Part shown: positions 1-9,591 of the stretch, in pieces | Numbering within the stretch: position 1 is the first letter of the stretch | Layout of the letters: each line of letters opens with the position of its first letter | Source of the DNA: an uncultured Pseudomonadota bacterium | Lineage (GTDB): Bacteria; Chloroflexota; UBA5177; JAJPKF01 | Assembly: GCA_963799725.1 (NCBI GenBank) | Contig: CAWCYJ010000001.1 | Span: 67,485 to 131,484 of the forward strand | DNA: 64,000 bases | Direction: 5' to 3' | Program-made: the position numbers and the translations under genes | Notes under the pieces: generated by a model | Databases searched by the model: none | Told to the model about the DNA's origin: nothing | What the model saw: only the letters and a program-made list of their open reading frames with translations

Positions 1-369
1 GGGCACAACCTCGAATGCCAGGTCGTGGACCGTGGCAATGGAGGGTGCGAGGGACGGAGGAAGCGAAAAGTCAGGGCAGTGCATGAGATCAATCTTTCCG
101 GTCCGGAACTCGATGGGTAACGGCAAACGGAGTCGTTGCCACACCGCGTTTGCCTCACGGTCGGTGATTGGAAGTGAGGCAATCGAAAGGCGGCCATCAG
201 GATCGGAAAACCGGATGCTGGGACGTCTTGAGGCATAGAACACCGCGTAGCGATTACTGGGCTCCGCCTTTAGAAGGGCGGCGAGCAGCTCGCGGCTGTA
301 GCGCCCGATTCCCGCACCTTGGGATACTGCGGCGGTGGCATCGTACCCAACCTTCATGCCGGGCGGCAT
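1..369 (-). CDS. Glycosyltransferase, GT4-like, N-terminal part only (gene runs out of the window at position 1)
   Basis: Not in the ORF track because there is no stop in the window. Hand translation of the minus strand from ATG 369..367 (alt. ATG 357..355): MPPGMKVGYDATAAVSQGAGIGRYSRELLAALLKAEPSNRYAVFYAS...IDLMHCPDFSLPPSLAPSIATVHDLAFEVVP. The GIGRY and VHDLxF blocks are typical of the N-terminal Rossmann half of GT4 glycosyltransferases. The start overlaps the stop of the upstream gene (TAATG). Confidence 0.6.
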   Translation of the reverse strand, partial: MPPGMKVGYDATAAVSQGAGIGRYSRELLAALLKAEPSNRYAVFYASRRPSIRFSDPDGRLSIASLPITDREANAVWQRLRLPLPIEFRTGKIDLMHCPDFSLPPSLAPSIATVHDLAFEVVP

Positions 370-1445
370 TAGGTGTTTCGGAAGTGAGACCGCTTGCTAA
401 TCAGGTAGACGATGAACCCAATGATGGCGACGCTGTAGTAAGTGAGCAGGCTATCCATCAAGACAACGTCGGCGGCATCCACGCGCCGTAAACCAAGCAG
501 AACCATCACTCCCAACAATCCGCCCTGCACGACTCCGAGGCCGCCGGGGGTCAAGGGGATCGTCGTCAACACAGCAGTTCCCAGGGCGAAGAAAAGGGTC
601 GCGGCATAGGGAGTACTTGTGATGGTGTCGACGCTTATGTGAAGAGCGGCGAACACAAAGAATAGTCGCAGACCTTCTAGGAGCCAGATGGGTGCGGTGA
701 CGATAAAGAGAAGCGGCAACCTCGTCAGGCTCAGAAGAGTGCCTTCTTCGAAGGCACCATATCTCTCCACATAACGCGGAGGCACGTGCCGTCGGATCAT
801 CGGACTGAATCGCTTCATCAAAACCAGGACGACAATCCCAACGACGGCGAGCAGTAGTCCCAAAGCCAAGATGTACTTTATGCTCCCCAGACGCGAGTGG
901 AAGGCAATAAGCCCTGACGCAGCAAGCATCACGGCGACGGCCAAGATGTCGACAATACGCTCGGCTACGATCGTCCCGACGTTCTTGACCCATGAAATGT
1001 TCTGCCACAGTTTTGCCAGGTAGGCGCGGTAAAGGTCTCCCAGCTTGGCCGGCACAACGCAGTTCACAAACCAGGAGATAAATACAATTTCAGTCAGTCC
1101 AGACACCTGCATATTGGCAACCGACTGGCTGCGTGAATCTCCTCGGTACGCGTTGCGGAGGAGTAGCTGCCAGCGGAAACCTCGAAGTGGAAAAGTACAG
1201 TAGTAGAGGCAGAAGGCAAGAAGAAAATAGCCCCAGCTGGCGTGGCGCAGAGTTGTCCAGAATTGAGCTGGATTGATTCCTGCTCGGGCCATCACAACAA
1301 CGAGAATGGCAACAGCCAGTAGGAATGAGAGAAGCGTTTTCCAGTTTCCTACTCGGCTTCCCAGGGAAGTCGGGGGGGTACCGCTCTCAATGGGCTCCTG
1401 CAATTCGGATGAGGACGCCGGGTACTCTACGTTGATTTCAGACAC
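369..1445 (-). CDS. Flippase-like / LPG-synthase-TM-domain family integral membrane protein (UPF0104)
   Basis: 358-aa polytopic membrane ORF. The N-terminal pattern WKTLLSFLLAVAILVVVM..INPAQFW..LRHASWGYFLLAFCLYYCTFPLRGFRWQLLL matches the characteristic start of the UPF0104/lysyl-PG-synthase TM family. It is embedded between a GT4 gene and O-antigen-ligase-like genes. Confidence 0.65.
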   Translation of the reverse strand: MSEINVEYPASSSELQEPIESGTPPTSLGSRVGNWKTLLSFLLAVAILVVVMARAGINPAQFWTTLRHASWGYFLLAFCLYYCTFPLRGFRWQLLLRNAYRGDSRSQSVANMQVSGLTEIVFISWFVNCVVPAKLGDLYRAYLAKLWQNISWVKNVGTIVAERIVDILAVAVMLAASGLIAFHSRLGSIKYILALGLLLAVVGIVVLVLMKRFSPMIRRHVPPRYVERYGAFEEGTLLSLTRLPLLFIVTAPIWLLEGLRLFFVFAALHISVDTITSTPYAATLFFALGTAVLTTIPLTPGGLGVVQGGLLGVMVLLGLRRVDAADVVLMDSLLTYYSVAIIGFIVYLISKRSHFRNT

Positions 1446-1456
1446 TGGCGTACACG

Positions 1457-2953
1457 CTACGCAAGAGGGTCCGGCTTCAGGGGCGAAAGGACGAGGGGCG
1501 GTGTGGCTACTGACTGAACAGTCGTGCCACGGCTCGCTTCAGTTAGCTTTGTTGCCAATGCTAGCGTCCCCATGAGTACTCCAAGAAGGGTTGGGATCGC
1601 GTGCACGAAGAGGACGTCAAAGAGATTGTGGAATGTCAAGCTTGTCCACGCGCCCGCCATTCCAACCGCAACGATATGTGGAGTCGCCCCAAGCGACCGA
1701 TCGAACGCAATCGTAAGAGCGTACCACAGAGCCACCAAAGTGAATACTGCATAGGCAATGAAACCTAGAACTCCAGCTTCTGCGGCGATATTGATGAAGT
1801 AGTTATGCGCGTGCCCGAGCGGTTGCACGAAGTGGCCCACGTGATACGCCGGATAGGCCAACGGATAGTTCCCGATGCCGACGCCCAACAGCGGGTGTGC
1901 GTAAAACATACGTAAACCGGCTACCCAGTGGGCAGCTCGCTCAATCTCACTGAAGTTGGATTTGGAATAGTGATGAAAGTTGATGGAGGTTAGGCCAAAA
2001 CCGTTCGCCACTTTGAAAAACGGCGCGGTCGAGATGACGGAGAAGCTGGCAAGTAAAGCCAGGCCAAGCCCCGCCAGAGCTGCAAAGCATAGGGCGGGCC
2101 GCAATTTGCGATTGCACACCAGCAGAACGACCAAGACACCCAATGTTCCGGCTACCCATCCGGCACGTGAAAAAGTTACCAGGGAGCCGAGTCCGATGAC
2201 GAGTGTGGCTGCGTAAAGCCATCGGCTCTTGGAGAACCATGCAGCGGCCAGCGCTATGGGGAGTATGAGATTGAGATATCCGGCCATCGGATTCGGCTGC
2301 TGGAAAGTCCCGTACGCTCGGAGAAACGCGCCGTGGAATTGGAAGTTGGAGGGCCCGGCACCCAAGATGAATTGTCCAATGCCGATTAGCGCCTCTACCA
2401 CTCCAGCCCAAATTGTGACGAGGAGCAGACGCCAGACATCCTGTCTCGAGTCGAGGAAGAACGGAACCGTCACTGCCGCGACCAGAAGCTCCAGCCACTT
2501 CACGATCTCTTTCAGCGAGAGTGTGAGGGATATCGACTGGGTCATCGAGAGAGCCATGATCAGAATTAGGCACAAGGTGGCGATGACCCAGGGATTGCGA
2601 GGCAGAACGAAGCTCCCGTCGCGCGGGTAGCGAACCAAGCAGGTCAGCGCCAAAGCTGCGACGAGGACATCCGTTGCGGTGACCGGCACACTTCCGACTT
2701 GCGCGGTCAATATGGAGCCAAAAGGGACTGTGGCGGGTATTGCCCATACTCCAATCTTTGGCTCGATTACAACGACGGCAGCGGCCGCCATCATAAGGAG
2801 AATCGTTGCTGCTTCTGTTGGCTGAAGCTCTACGACCACTATCGAGAGGAGCAGACCGGCTACAAGCAGTAGCGGTCGCCAAATTGGTTCCCACCGATCC
2901 GCCGGCGCAAGTAACGTAATCGATCTATCCAACGCGGGAGGTGCCGACGGCAT
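1457..2953 (-). CDS. O-antigen ligase / Wzy_C family membrane protein
   Basis: 498 aa with at least 10 hydrophobic helices. It has the Wzy_C-type segment FSRAGWVAGTLGVLVVLLV and the C-terminal block YAHPLLGVGIGNYPLAY..GHAHNYFINIAAEAGVLGFIAY, typical of O-antigen ligase-like polymerases. Confidence 0.75.
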   Translation of the reverse strand: MPSAPPALDRSITLLAPADRWEPIWRPLLLVAGLLLSIVVVELQPTEAATILLMMAAAAVVVIEPKIGVWAIPATVPFGSILTAQVGSVPVTATDVLVAALALTCLVRYPRDGSFVLPRNPWVIATLCLILIMALSMTQSISLTLSLKEIVKWLELLVAAVTVPFFLDSRQDVWRLLLVTIWAGVVEALIGIGQFILGAGPSNFQFHGAFLRAYGTFQQPNPMAGYLNLILPIALAAAWFSKSRWLYAATLVIGLGSLVTFSRAGWVAGTLGVLVVLLVCNRKLRPALCFAALAGLGLALLASFSVISTAPFFKVANGFGLTSINFHHYSKSNFSEIERAAHWVAGLRMFYAHPLLGVGIGNYPLAYPAYHVGHFVQPLGHAHNYFINIAAEAGVLGFIAYAVFTLVALWYALTIAFDRSLGATPHIVAVGMAGAWTSLTFHNLFDVLFVHAIPTLLGVLMGTLALATKLTEASRGTTVQSVATPPLVLSPLKPDPLA

Positions 2954-4569
2954 TTCGAAGTGGGAACATCCGCTGAGTCAATGAGAGGCTGGCAATCGCG
3001 AAAAAGAGCCAGGTGAGCATACTCAGATCGATGAGGAAATACGATTCGTCGATGAGCCCGTGGATGAGTCCCGCAAGCATAGCCGCACCTGCGCCGAGTA
3101 GGACGGGAGTTTGAAGGATCTCAGCGCCTTTTCTCCACAGTACACGCCAAAACACAAACTGCAGCCAGGCGAAAGCGAACAACCCCAACAAACCTACGCT
3201 TAACCAGAGATCGAGCACCTCATCGTGAGGATGTGAGAGGCAAGGCTCGTCGTGTGCTGATGGCTGCATGTACCCGAGTCCGTGACGGCACGGTATGAAG
3301 CGCTGGTGGGTAGGCGCGTAGTAGTGCAAGAAGTTGTCTGGACCAACACCGAAGATTGGATGGTCTCGAATCATTCTCAGGGATGACTGCCAGACATCAA
3401 TTCTTCTTCCGGCAGTTATGCCGTGGACATGGGTGAAGGCGCTTGCCAGATGACCGGAAAGACTTCCGGCTGCAATCAAGGCTATAAGGAGGATCACGAG
3501 CACTCCGAGGCCTAGCTGGAATCGTGGCGATCGAAGGAGCAGAGGCACTGCCATTCCCGGTGAGGTGAAGCTGACCGCCAGAAAGGCCAGAGTGGTTATG
3601 GCGACAGCGATCCACGCTCCAAGCGAGAAGGTCAGAACGAGGGCCACGACCATGACTACCAGGCAGCACGCGAGTAACACCCGCAGCGGATCGGGGATAA
3701 ACGTTGCGAAGGCAGAATCCGAGGAGGTTCGGACCTTTCCTCAAGAAAAGCAAGAAAGGCCAGGCCAGGGCTAGGCACATTGGAATGGCTCTATCGAAGA
3801 GAAGACCAAGGTTGTCAGGGCTACCGTACCAGGCGCGGATCCTTTCGTAGCTGGAGCCGCTAATCGTCACCAAGTCACTCGACCCAGTGATGTACTGGCC
3901 TAACCCTATAAGGGCTGAACCAACACCTGTAACAACCACGGCAAACCCTAGAAGCCATAGCATTCTCGACCGTCTTGGCCACGACCGATGACTGCAGAAT
4001 GCGAGCAGCAGGACGAAGAAGGCAATCGGTTCCAATACCGTTTCACGAAGTTCTCGAAGTGCGACCGTGTGCTGAGCCGCAAACGTCGTGCTAAGGATGG
4101 CGGCGACGACGAAGATTGACGCAGGTAGGACAAAGGGCGAGTGCCTGAGACTTCCCCAGTTAGGCCTCGCGGAAGGCAGGGGAAATTCGGGGAAGAGCGG
4201 TACGCTTCCCACGTCACCATCTTGCGGTTCCCCTGCTTCATCGGAGGCGGCTGTGCGCGAAGGCGTGGGGAGTAAGCCAAAGATTTCCGCCAGTATTATC
4301 ACCGCAGCGACTACCACAAGCAGCAGAAGTAGTAGCTCGCTTGGGGCAAATTCGGCTCGCCGCAAGAGATCGATGTGCTTTGGGTGCATGAAATATGGAA
4401 CGAAAACGATCACCGCAGCGAGGGCAATGTCGAGTCGCAACCACGCGAGAACGAGGAAGGCCAATAACCCAACAGCTGCCAGCAGTGGAGATGTCGCCAA
4501 GTAGAAGAGGGCCGCGCTTAGAGTTAGCGCGGCGAGACAGCTTAGCTCTTGGGCTAAGCCCCGATCCAA
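2925..4569 (-). pseudogene. Second O-antigen-ligase-like membrane protein, split by a +1 frame disruption (or assembly indel) near 3693-3696
   Basis: ORF 3397..4569 carries a plausible N-terminal membrane part up to ..LALAWPFLLFLRKGPNLLGFCLRNVYP, then turns into Arg-rich nonsense. ORF 2925..3680 is offset by +1 (open upstream to a TGA at 3743..3741). It carries the ligase C-terminal part: IRDHPIFGVGPDNFLHYY..SHPHDEVLDLWLSVGLLGLFAF. Deleting one C of the CCCC run (plus-strand GGGG 3693-3696) joins them as ..CLRNVYP|DPLRVLLACCLVVMVV... TTG start at 4569 overlaps the ndk stop by 16 nt. Confidence 0.6.
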
Positions 4570-5015
4570 CGGTCGACGTCGCGGGTGTAGTCGATCAGCT
4601 CCTCTTCCTTGAAGAAGATCCCAATCTCGAACTCAGCCGTCTCCAAAGCGTCGGATCCGTGAATCAGATTGTGGCCAATGTCCAGAGCATGCATGCCCCG
4701 AATTGAGCCAGGGTCGGCATTTACCGGGTTCGTCGCGCCCATCATCGCCCGAACTGCTGCGATCGCATCTGGACCTTGGAGGACGCCAACGATCACCGGC
4801 GAGGACGTTATGAAGGCAACCAGGCCTTCAAAGAAAGGCTTCCCTCTGTGGACCCCGTAATGCCGCTCTGCTAGCTCTTGGCTAACCTGCATTAGCTTGA
4901 GCCCCCGAAAGCGGAGACCCCTTTGTTCAAATCGGTCCAGAATCGTGCCGGCCAAGCCTCGTTGCATGGCATCCGGCTTGATGATTATCAGCGTACTTTG
5001 AGTGGCTGCCTCCAA
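4554..5015 (-). CDS. ndk: Nucleoside diphosphate kinase
   Basis: 153 aa. TLIIIKPDAMQRGLAGTILDRFEQRGL..RHYGVHRGKPFFEGLVAFITSSPVIVGVLQG..GATNP..ADPGSIRG..NLIHGSD is full-length NDK with the active-site NxxHGSD. Confidence 0.95.
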   Translation of the reverse strand: MEAATQSTLIIIKPDAMQRGLAGTILDRFEQRGLRFRGLKLMQVSQELAERHYGVHRGKPFFEGLVAFITSSPVIVGVLQGPDAIAAVRAMMGATNPVNADPGSIRGMHALDIGHNLIHGSDALETAEFEIGIFFKEEELIDYTRDVDRWIGA

Positions 5016-5064
5016 CTTTCCCCCTCGTGGCTGTTAGCAATCGGCTCAGTTGCCGCCTCGACCG

Positions 5065-5274
5065 TCAGGACTCCAGCTTCCCCTTCTCTCGAAGGTAGCG
5101 GTAGAACAGGAGCCTCTGAATGTCTGATCGACTCAGGTGATGAGATGGAAGCTGGCGTAACAGCACTACCAGTCCGACGACGCATCCACCGAGAAATGCC
5201 AGGAGCCAGGCCTGGTTCAGATTAAGACTTTGACTCCGACCGGCCGAAATGTTCTGTCCTTCGTGGTCTCGCAT
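5065..5274 (-). CDS. Small single-pass membrane protein (hypothetical)
   Basis: 69-aa ORF with one clear TM helix (AWLLAFLGGCVVGLVVLL). An RBS-like GAGGA lies 7 nt upstream of ATG 5274..5272. It is co-directional with ndk and about 50 nt upstream of it. No family recognised. Confidence 0.35.
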   Translation of the reverse strand: MRDHEGQNISAGRSQSLNLNQAWLLAFLGGCVVGLVVLLRQLPSHHLSRSDIQRLLFYRYLREKGKLES

Positions 5275-5359
5275 ATCTTTATCCTCGCACGTGCACTCGC
5301 ACTAACCGTACTTGAAGTGGGTGCTCGACCGCAAGGGCAACGGGACGACGCCCCTATAA

Positions 5360-6100
5360 TTGGGCAATCTGAGTGGCGACAGGATGGCTGCATCACCCAT
5401 GGATCTGCGTTTCGAGTTTGGAAGTCCTCATGCTCCCGCCGGTCACGCATTGCTGTACTTTGGCTCCGGGTCGAGAGTCTTTGCGACCTACGTTCTTGTT
5501 CTGCCAATTCGGGTGAATCTAGAGAAATACGTGCCCCCGGCGCTCGCCTCTATGGTTCAGGGCAGTGAGATGCCGGCGGACGCTGCCACTCCGATGCCCC
5601 CGATTGCCGAGGAGATCGAGAGCCTGGACTGGCTCAGAAATCTAGCAGCTCTGAGGCGGGACGACCTTGTAGATGCCGGCTCCATCTTTTCTACAGATGT
5701 TCCTAACTTAGTAGCAATGACTCAAGAGGCAGCGGCCACCTACGCGGAGCTATACCGGAACGCTCCCTCTGCACTCGCACCCCAAGAGCAACAACAGGAA
5801 CTCTTCGCGGACATGACAGAGTCTGAGATTCTGGCCGAGATGACCAGTCAGGTGGGACGCCTCCGTGATACATCAGGCACGCCAGACGCAGAGTCGATTC
5901 AGGTTCAGTTGCAGGCTCTCGCTCTGCGACTACCGTCGAAATACAGGGCGCTAGAGGTTGTGGATGCTGCTAGGCAACCGGGGCCTCGTGGCCAGCAGCT
6001 AGCCACCCTTCAGCTGCAGCGCTGCTTCAAGCTGTTAAACGAAGATTATCTCGACGTAGCAGAAATCGAACGGCAGATCAAAGAGATTCAGAACGACTAG
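5360..6100 (+). CDS. Hypothetical protein (start probably at the internal ATG 5384, MAASPMDLRFEFG..)
   Basis: This is the only long ORF with ordinary amino-acid composition in this interval. The C-terminal half looks helical or coiled-coil (..QVQLQALALRLPSKYRALEVV..LQLQRCFKLLNEDYLDVAEIERQIKEIQND). No family recognised. Confidence 0.45.
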   Translation: MGNLSGDRMAASPMDLRFEFGSPHAPAGHALLYFGSGSRVFATYVLVLPIRVNLEKYVPPALASMVQGSEMPADAATPMPPIAEEIESLDWLRNLAALRRDDLVDAGSIFSTDVPNLVAMTQEAAATYAELYRNAPSALAPQEQQQELFADMTESEILAEMTSQVGRLRDTSGTPDAESIQVQLQALALRLPSKYRALEVVDAARQPGPRGQQLATLQLQRCFKLLNEDYLDVAEIERQIKEIQND

Positions 6101-6370
6101 GACGTGGGGCTTGCAGATTCCCCGTCCGCGACTGATCGCAGTCCTCGACCCTCCGGTCCGTTATCTGGAGGCCGGTGGATGCGAGCCAGTGCGGAAATCT
6201 CACTCCGAAAACCACCTTGTGGTAAGGCAGACGCCCATATCTCGTCGCTCGCCGAGCGGTAACGCCTGGTTCCAGACGGTCGGTCTGAGCACCGGGCCCA
6301 GTCACGATCTGCGAGAAGGCTTGAGGGTTGCCAAGTCTTGCCGGCTGCCGTCAGAGGGAGCCACTCTGGA

Positions 6371-8078
6371 ATGATTCGCTCCATGCAACCTGACCTAATT
6401 GCTCAGATCAAAGCGGGTGAGGTGATCGAACGGCCTGCTTCTGTGGTGAAGGAGCTGGTAGAAAACGCGCTTGATGCCGGGGCCACGAGGATCCGCGTAG
6501 AGGTGGTGGACGGCGGAACTCGCCTGGTACGTGTCGTGGACGACGGTGAAGGAATCCCCCGTGATCAGCTCATGCTGGCGTTTGCAGAACACACATCCAG
6601 CAAACTACACAGTCTTGCCGGTTTGCAGAGTATCCATACGTTGGGATTTCGCGGTGAGGCTCTCCACGCTATTGCCAGCGTTGCGCGCGTCGAGGCGGTC
6701 AGTACTCCACGCGGTCTGGTGGATGGAGCGAGTGTCGTAATAGATCACGGGCAGATGGTTGAAAGCGGACCAGGCGCGAGCGGAACCGGTACGCGAATTT
6801 CGGTTCACGATCTCTTTGCCAAAGTGCCGGCTCGGAGAAAGCATTTGCGTAGTAATCGTTCTGAGAGCATGGCAATTCATCAAATCTTGGCGCAGTACGC
6901 GATAGGCCACCCGGATGTAGCGATTTCACTGGTGGCGGACGAGAGGCCCAATTTCTCCTCACCAGGAACCGGGAGTATCGCCGACGCCTTCTCGGCCATC
7001 TTCGGGAGCGACTTGGTGGGAAGGATGCTTGCTGTAGACCTCGGGGGAGAGATCAGGGTCGATGGCATCATCTCGCCTTCAGACCTAACCAGAAGCAATC
7101 GTTCAGGAATCATGCTTTACGTCAACGGACGTCCAGTCAAGAGCGCCTCGTTGACGTTTGCCATTGAGGATGGGTACTCCGGCCAGTTAATGGTCGGGCA
7201 GGCATCCGATGGCTGCGATTCGCCTGACGGTGCCTCCGGAAGAGGTTGACCCCAATGTGCATCCTGCCAAGCTCGAGGTTCGGTTCACAAACGAGCGCAA
7301 GGCTTTTGCCGTAATTAGGAAAGCTGTGTCGGAAAGGCTGCACAGCAATGGTGCGATACCCGTTACATCGATCACGTCAGCCGGTTGGTCTACCGCCAGT
7401 TTTGCCGTGGACCCGGAGCTGAATGTGCCTTCGGAACCTCGGCGACCGCTTCCGGAGCAGGTATCTTTTCACCAGGACGAGCGCCCGCCTACTGCCCCAC
7501 CGATTACCGAAGCCCTTCCTGCTCTACGTATCTTCGGCCAATCTGCGCAGACGTTCATCGTCGCCGAAGGGCCGGCAGGGCTTTACATGATTGATCAGCA
7601 CGCTGCCCACGAACGTGTCCTCTTCGACGACCTGATGCGATCTCATGCGGCTCCGCCCGCGCAGCCGCTACTGCAGCCGGTGCAGCTCGAGCTCACGCCA
7701 AAGCAGATGGAGGCGCTGGAGGTCCATGCTGCAGAAATGTCAGCGCTCTCGTTTGCCGTTGATCCGTTCGGTGAGAACTGGTGTGTTGTGCGGGCGGTTC
7801 CTGCCATCGGCCGCGGCCCGCTGGAGGCAGATGCGGTGCTTGATGTTCTCGACACGTTGGAGGGAGGCGCTTCACCCCAAGATGTAGCCAGACAAGTCTT
7901 TGAGATTGTCGCCTGCAAGGCAGCAGTCAAAGCGGGACAGTCGCTTACGATGACCGAGATGCGTGAGCTGATCGGCGGCCTGGAGCGGACGGAACACCCG
8001 AGAACGTGTCCTCACGGTAGACCGACGACCATCCATATCAGTCTGGAGAAGCTTGCCCGGGAGTTTGGACGGAGATAG
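6371..8078 (+). pseudogene. mutL: DNA mismatch repair endonuclease MutL, interrupted by a single extra base at about 7196-7199 (or assembly indel)
   Basis: ORF 6338..7249 carries the GHKL ATPase N-domain (IAQIKAGEVIERPASVVKELVENALDAGATRIRVEV..DDGEGI). ORF 7209..8078 carries the rest: VDPNVHPAKLEVRF, the endonuclease motif DQHAAHERVLFD, ACKAAVKAG and CPHGRPT. The junction reads atg gtc ggg c agg cat ccg atg. Removing one base of GGGC gives ..YSGQLMVGRHPMAAIRLTV.., the conserved GRHP/GRYP block. Likely true start is ATG 6371 (MIRSMQPDLIAQIKAGEV). Confidence 0.85.
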
Positions 8079-8340
8079 GCTTGCGGGCAGCGAGGCAGAT
8101 GGTTCAGGTGACCATTGGATAACTCTGCCACAAACTTACTGGCCAAGCCCACAGTCTCGTTCTGAGATACACGCCGGACACGGAGCTTTGACGCGCGGCG
8201 AATGGAGCCCCGGGGAAGGAATAGATAGAGCACTCGAAGTACTTCATCCGGTGCTATACTGGCCCGAACGGGTTAATCCTCCTGTCTGGCGCGCGACCAT
8301 GGGTCTATATCGCTCGACTAATCCATAGGAAGGAGATCAC

Positions 8341-9084
8341 TTGAACCTGTACGAAATGACGTACGTGCTGCGCCCTGACCTCGACGAGGATGCCTTAAAG
8401 GCGGCTCAGGATCGGATAAATGGGCGGCTTAACGATGCCGGGGGCGAGGTCGTCCGGTCGGAAGGATGGGGCCGTCGAAGGCTCGCGTATCCGATCGACA
8501 AAGCGAAAGACGGGCTGTACTTCACGGCAATTCTGCGAATGCCGGGTGTCGGGCTCCGAGGTTTCGAGGATCAGCTAAAGCTGACCCCCGAGATTCTTCG
8601 ATTCCTTGTTATTCGACAACAGGAAGCGAATATACCCAAGACCGGTTCTTTAATACCCACGGGGCAGGGCCGTCCAGCGCGCCCGCCGGTGGAAGTCGCG
8701 GCACCTGAGCCGGCGGAAGGCGAAACCGCTGCTCTGGATGCGGGAACTGATGCCGCGACTAACGAATCTGCAAGCGAAGAGACCCCTGCGGTCGAGGGTG
8801 AACCTGCCTCGGAAGTAGCACCCGATGGAGCGAGCGGTGAGGCTTCTCCGGTAGATGCACCGGTCCAAGAGGAGCGAGCATCGGTTGAAGCTGCGGCCGG
8901 TGAAACTGAAGCACCGTCCGGTGAAACTGAAGCACCGTCCGAAACAGCTCCAGGCGAAGATCGTCAGCAGGAGCAGGTGGCGGCCGACGAACCGACTACG
9001 GCTGAACAACCATCCGAGGAAGCTGGCGGTACTGACGCGACCCAAGCGACAGCTGATTCAGAGCTTGATGAGGAAGGTAAGTAA
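8341..9084 (+). CDS. rpsF: 30S ribosomal protein S6 with a ~150-aa acidic C-terminal extension
   Basis: The N-terminal ~95 aa (MNLYEMTYVLRPDLDED..GWGRRRLAYPIDKAKDGLYF..FLVIRQ) is canonical S6. The rest is E/A/P/T/D-rich and low in complexity. The gene heads the rpsF-ssb-rpsR order. Confidence 0.9.
   Translation: MNLYEMTYVLRPDLDEDALKAAQDRINGRLNDAGGEVVRSEGWGRRRLAYPIDKAKDGLYFTAILRMPGVGLRGFEDQLKLTPEILRFLVIRQQEANIPKTGSLIPTGQGRPARPPVEVAAPEPAEGETAALDAGTDAATNESASEETPAVEGEPASEVAPDGASGEASPVDAPVQEERASVEAAAGETEAPSGETEAPSETAPGEDRQQEQVAADEPTTAEQPSEEAGGTDATQATADSELDEEGK
8899..8940 (+). repeat. Perfect 2 x 21-nt in-frame tandem repeat inside the rpsF tail
   Basis: ggtgaaactgaagcaccgtcc occurs at 8899-8919 and again at 8920-8940, encoding GETEAPS twice. 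Confidence 0.9.
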
Positions 9085-9500
9085 TGGCTGGAAGCTTGAA
9101 CAAGGTGATGTGCATCGGCAATCTGGGCAGGGATCCCGAAATGCGTTATCTATCGAGTGGAACGAGCGTCACGAATTTTTCCGTCGCGGCAACCAGGAAT
9201 TGGAAGAATAACGAAGGTGAGAACCAGGAAGAAACCGAATGGTTCAACATTGTTGCCTTCGGTAAGCTCGGCGAGGTTGCTAACCAGTACCTGAGCAAGG
9301 GGCGCAAGGTGTACGTCGAGGGACGATTGCGAACCCGGTCCTGGGACGACCAGACTACAGGAGAAAAGAAGTACCGCACGGAGGTAGTCGCCAACGATAT
9401 CCAGTTCCTGGAGACTCGGGGAGCTCAATCGGGCGGTGGCAACGGCGACTTTGGGGCTGTTCCGGAACACGACACTGGAATAGACGAGATGCCCTTCTGA
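9084..9500 (+). CDS. ssb: Single-stranded DNA-binding protein
   Basis: 138 aa. OB-fold block NKVMCIGNLGRDPEMRY..G..V.NFSVA..EWFNIVAFGKLGEVANQYLSKGRKVYVEGRLRTRSW, a Gly-rich linker and an acidic tip ending DEMPF. Confidence 0.95.
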   Translation: MAGSLNKVMCIGNLGRDPEMRYLSSGTSVTNFSVAATRNWKNNEGENQEETEWFNIVAFGKLGEVANQYLSKGRKVYVEGRLRTRSWDDQTTGEKKYRTEVVANDIQFLETRGAQSGGGNGDFGAVPEHDTGIDEMPF

Positions 9501-9591
9501 TAGGGGCTTGATAGACATTTTCTAGCCCCTCGAGGGCAGCCGCTCTTTGCGCGAATCAACTTTGAAATACGAACCATCCATGGAGGCATAG

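Noticed and set aside
451-2894. Long alternative-frame or antisense ORFs (451..1008, 1947..2894, 2229..2630 and others)
   Set aside because: They are Arg/Ser/Pro-rich shadow frames inside well-supported membrane-protein genes.
6101-6370. 270-nt gap before mutL considered as an ncRNA (SRP, 6S, RNase P, tmRNA)
   Set aside because: None of the hallmark motifs I can recall for these RNAs is present. The only feature is a bulged hairpin (6101-6128) right after the upstream stop, which is more likely a terminator-like element.
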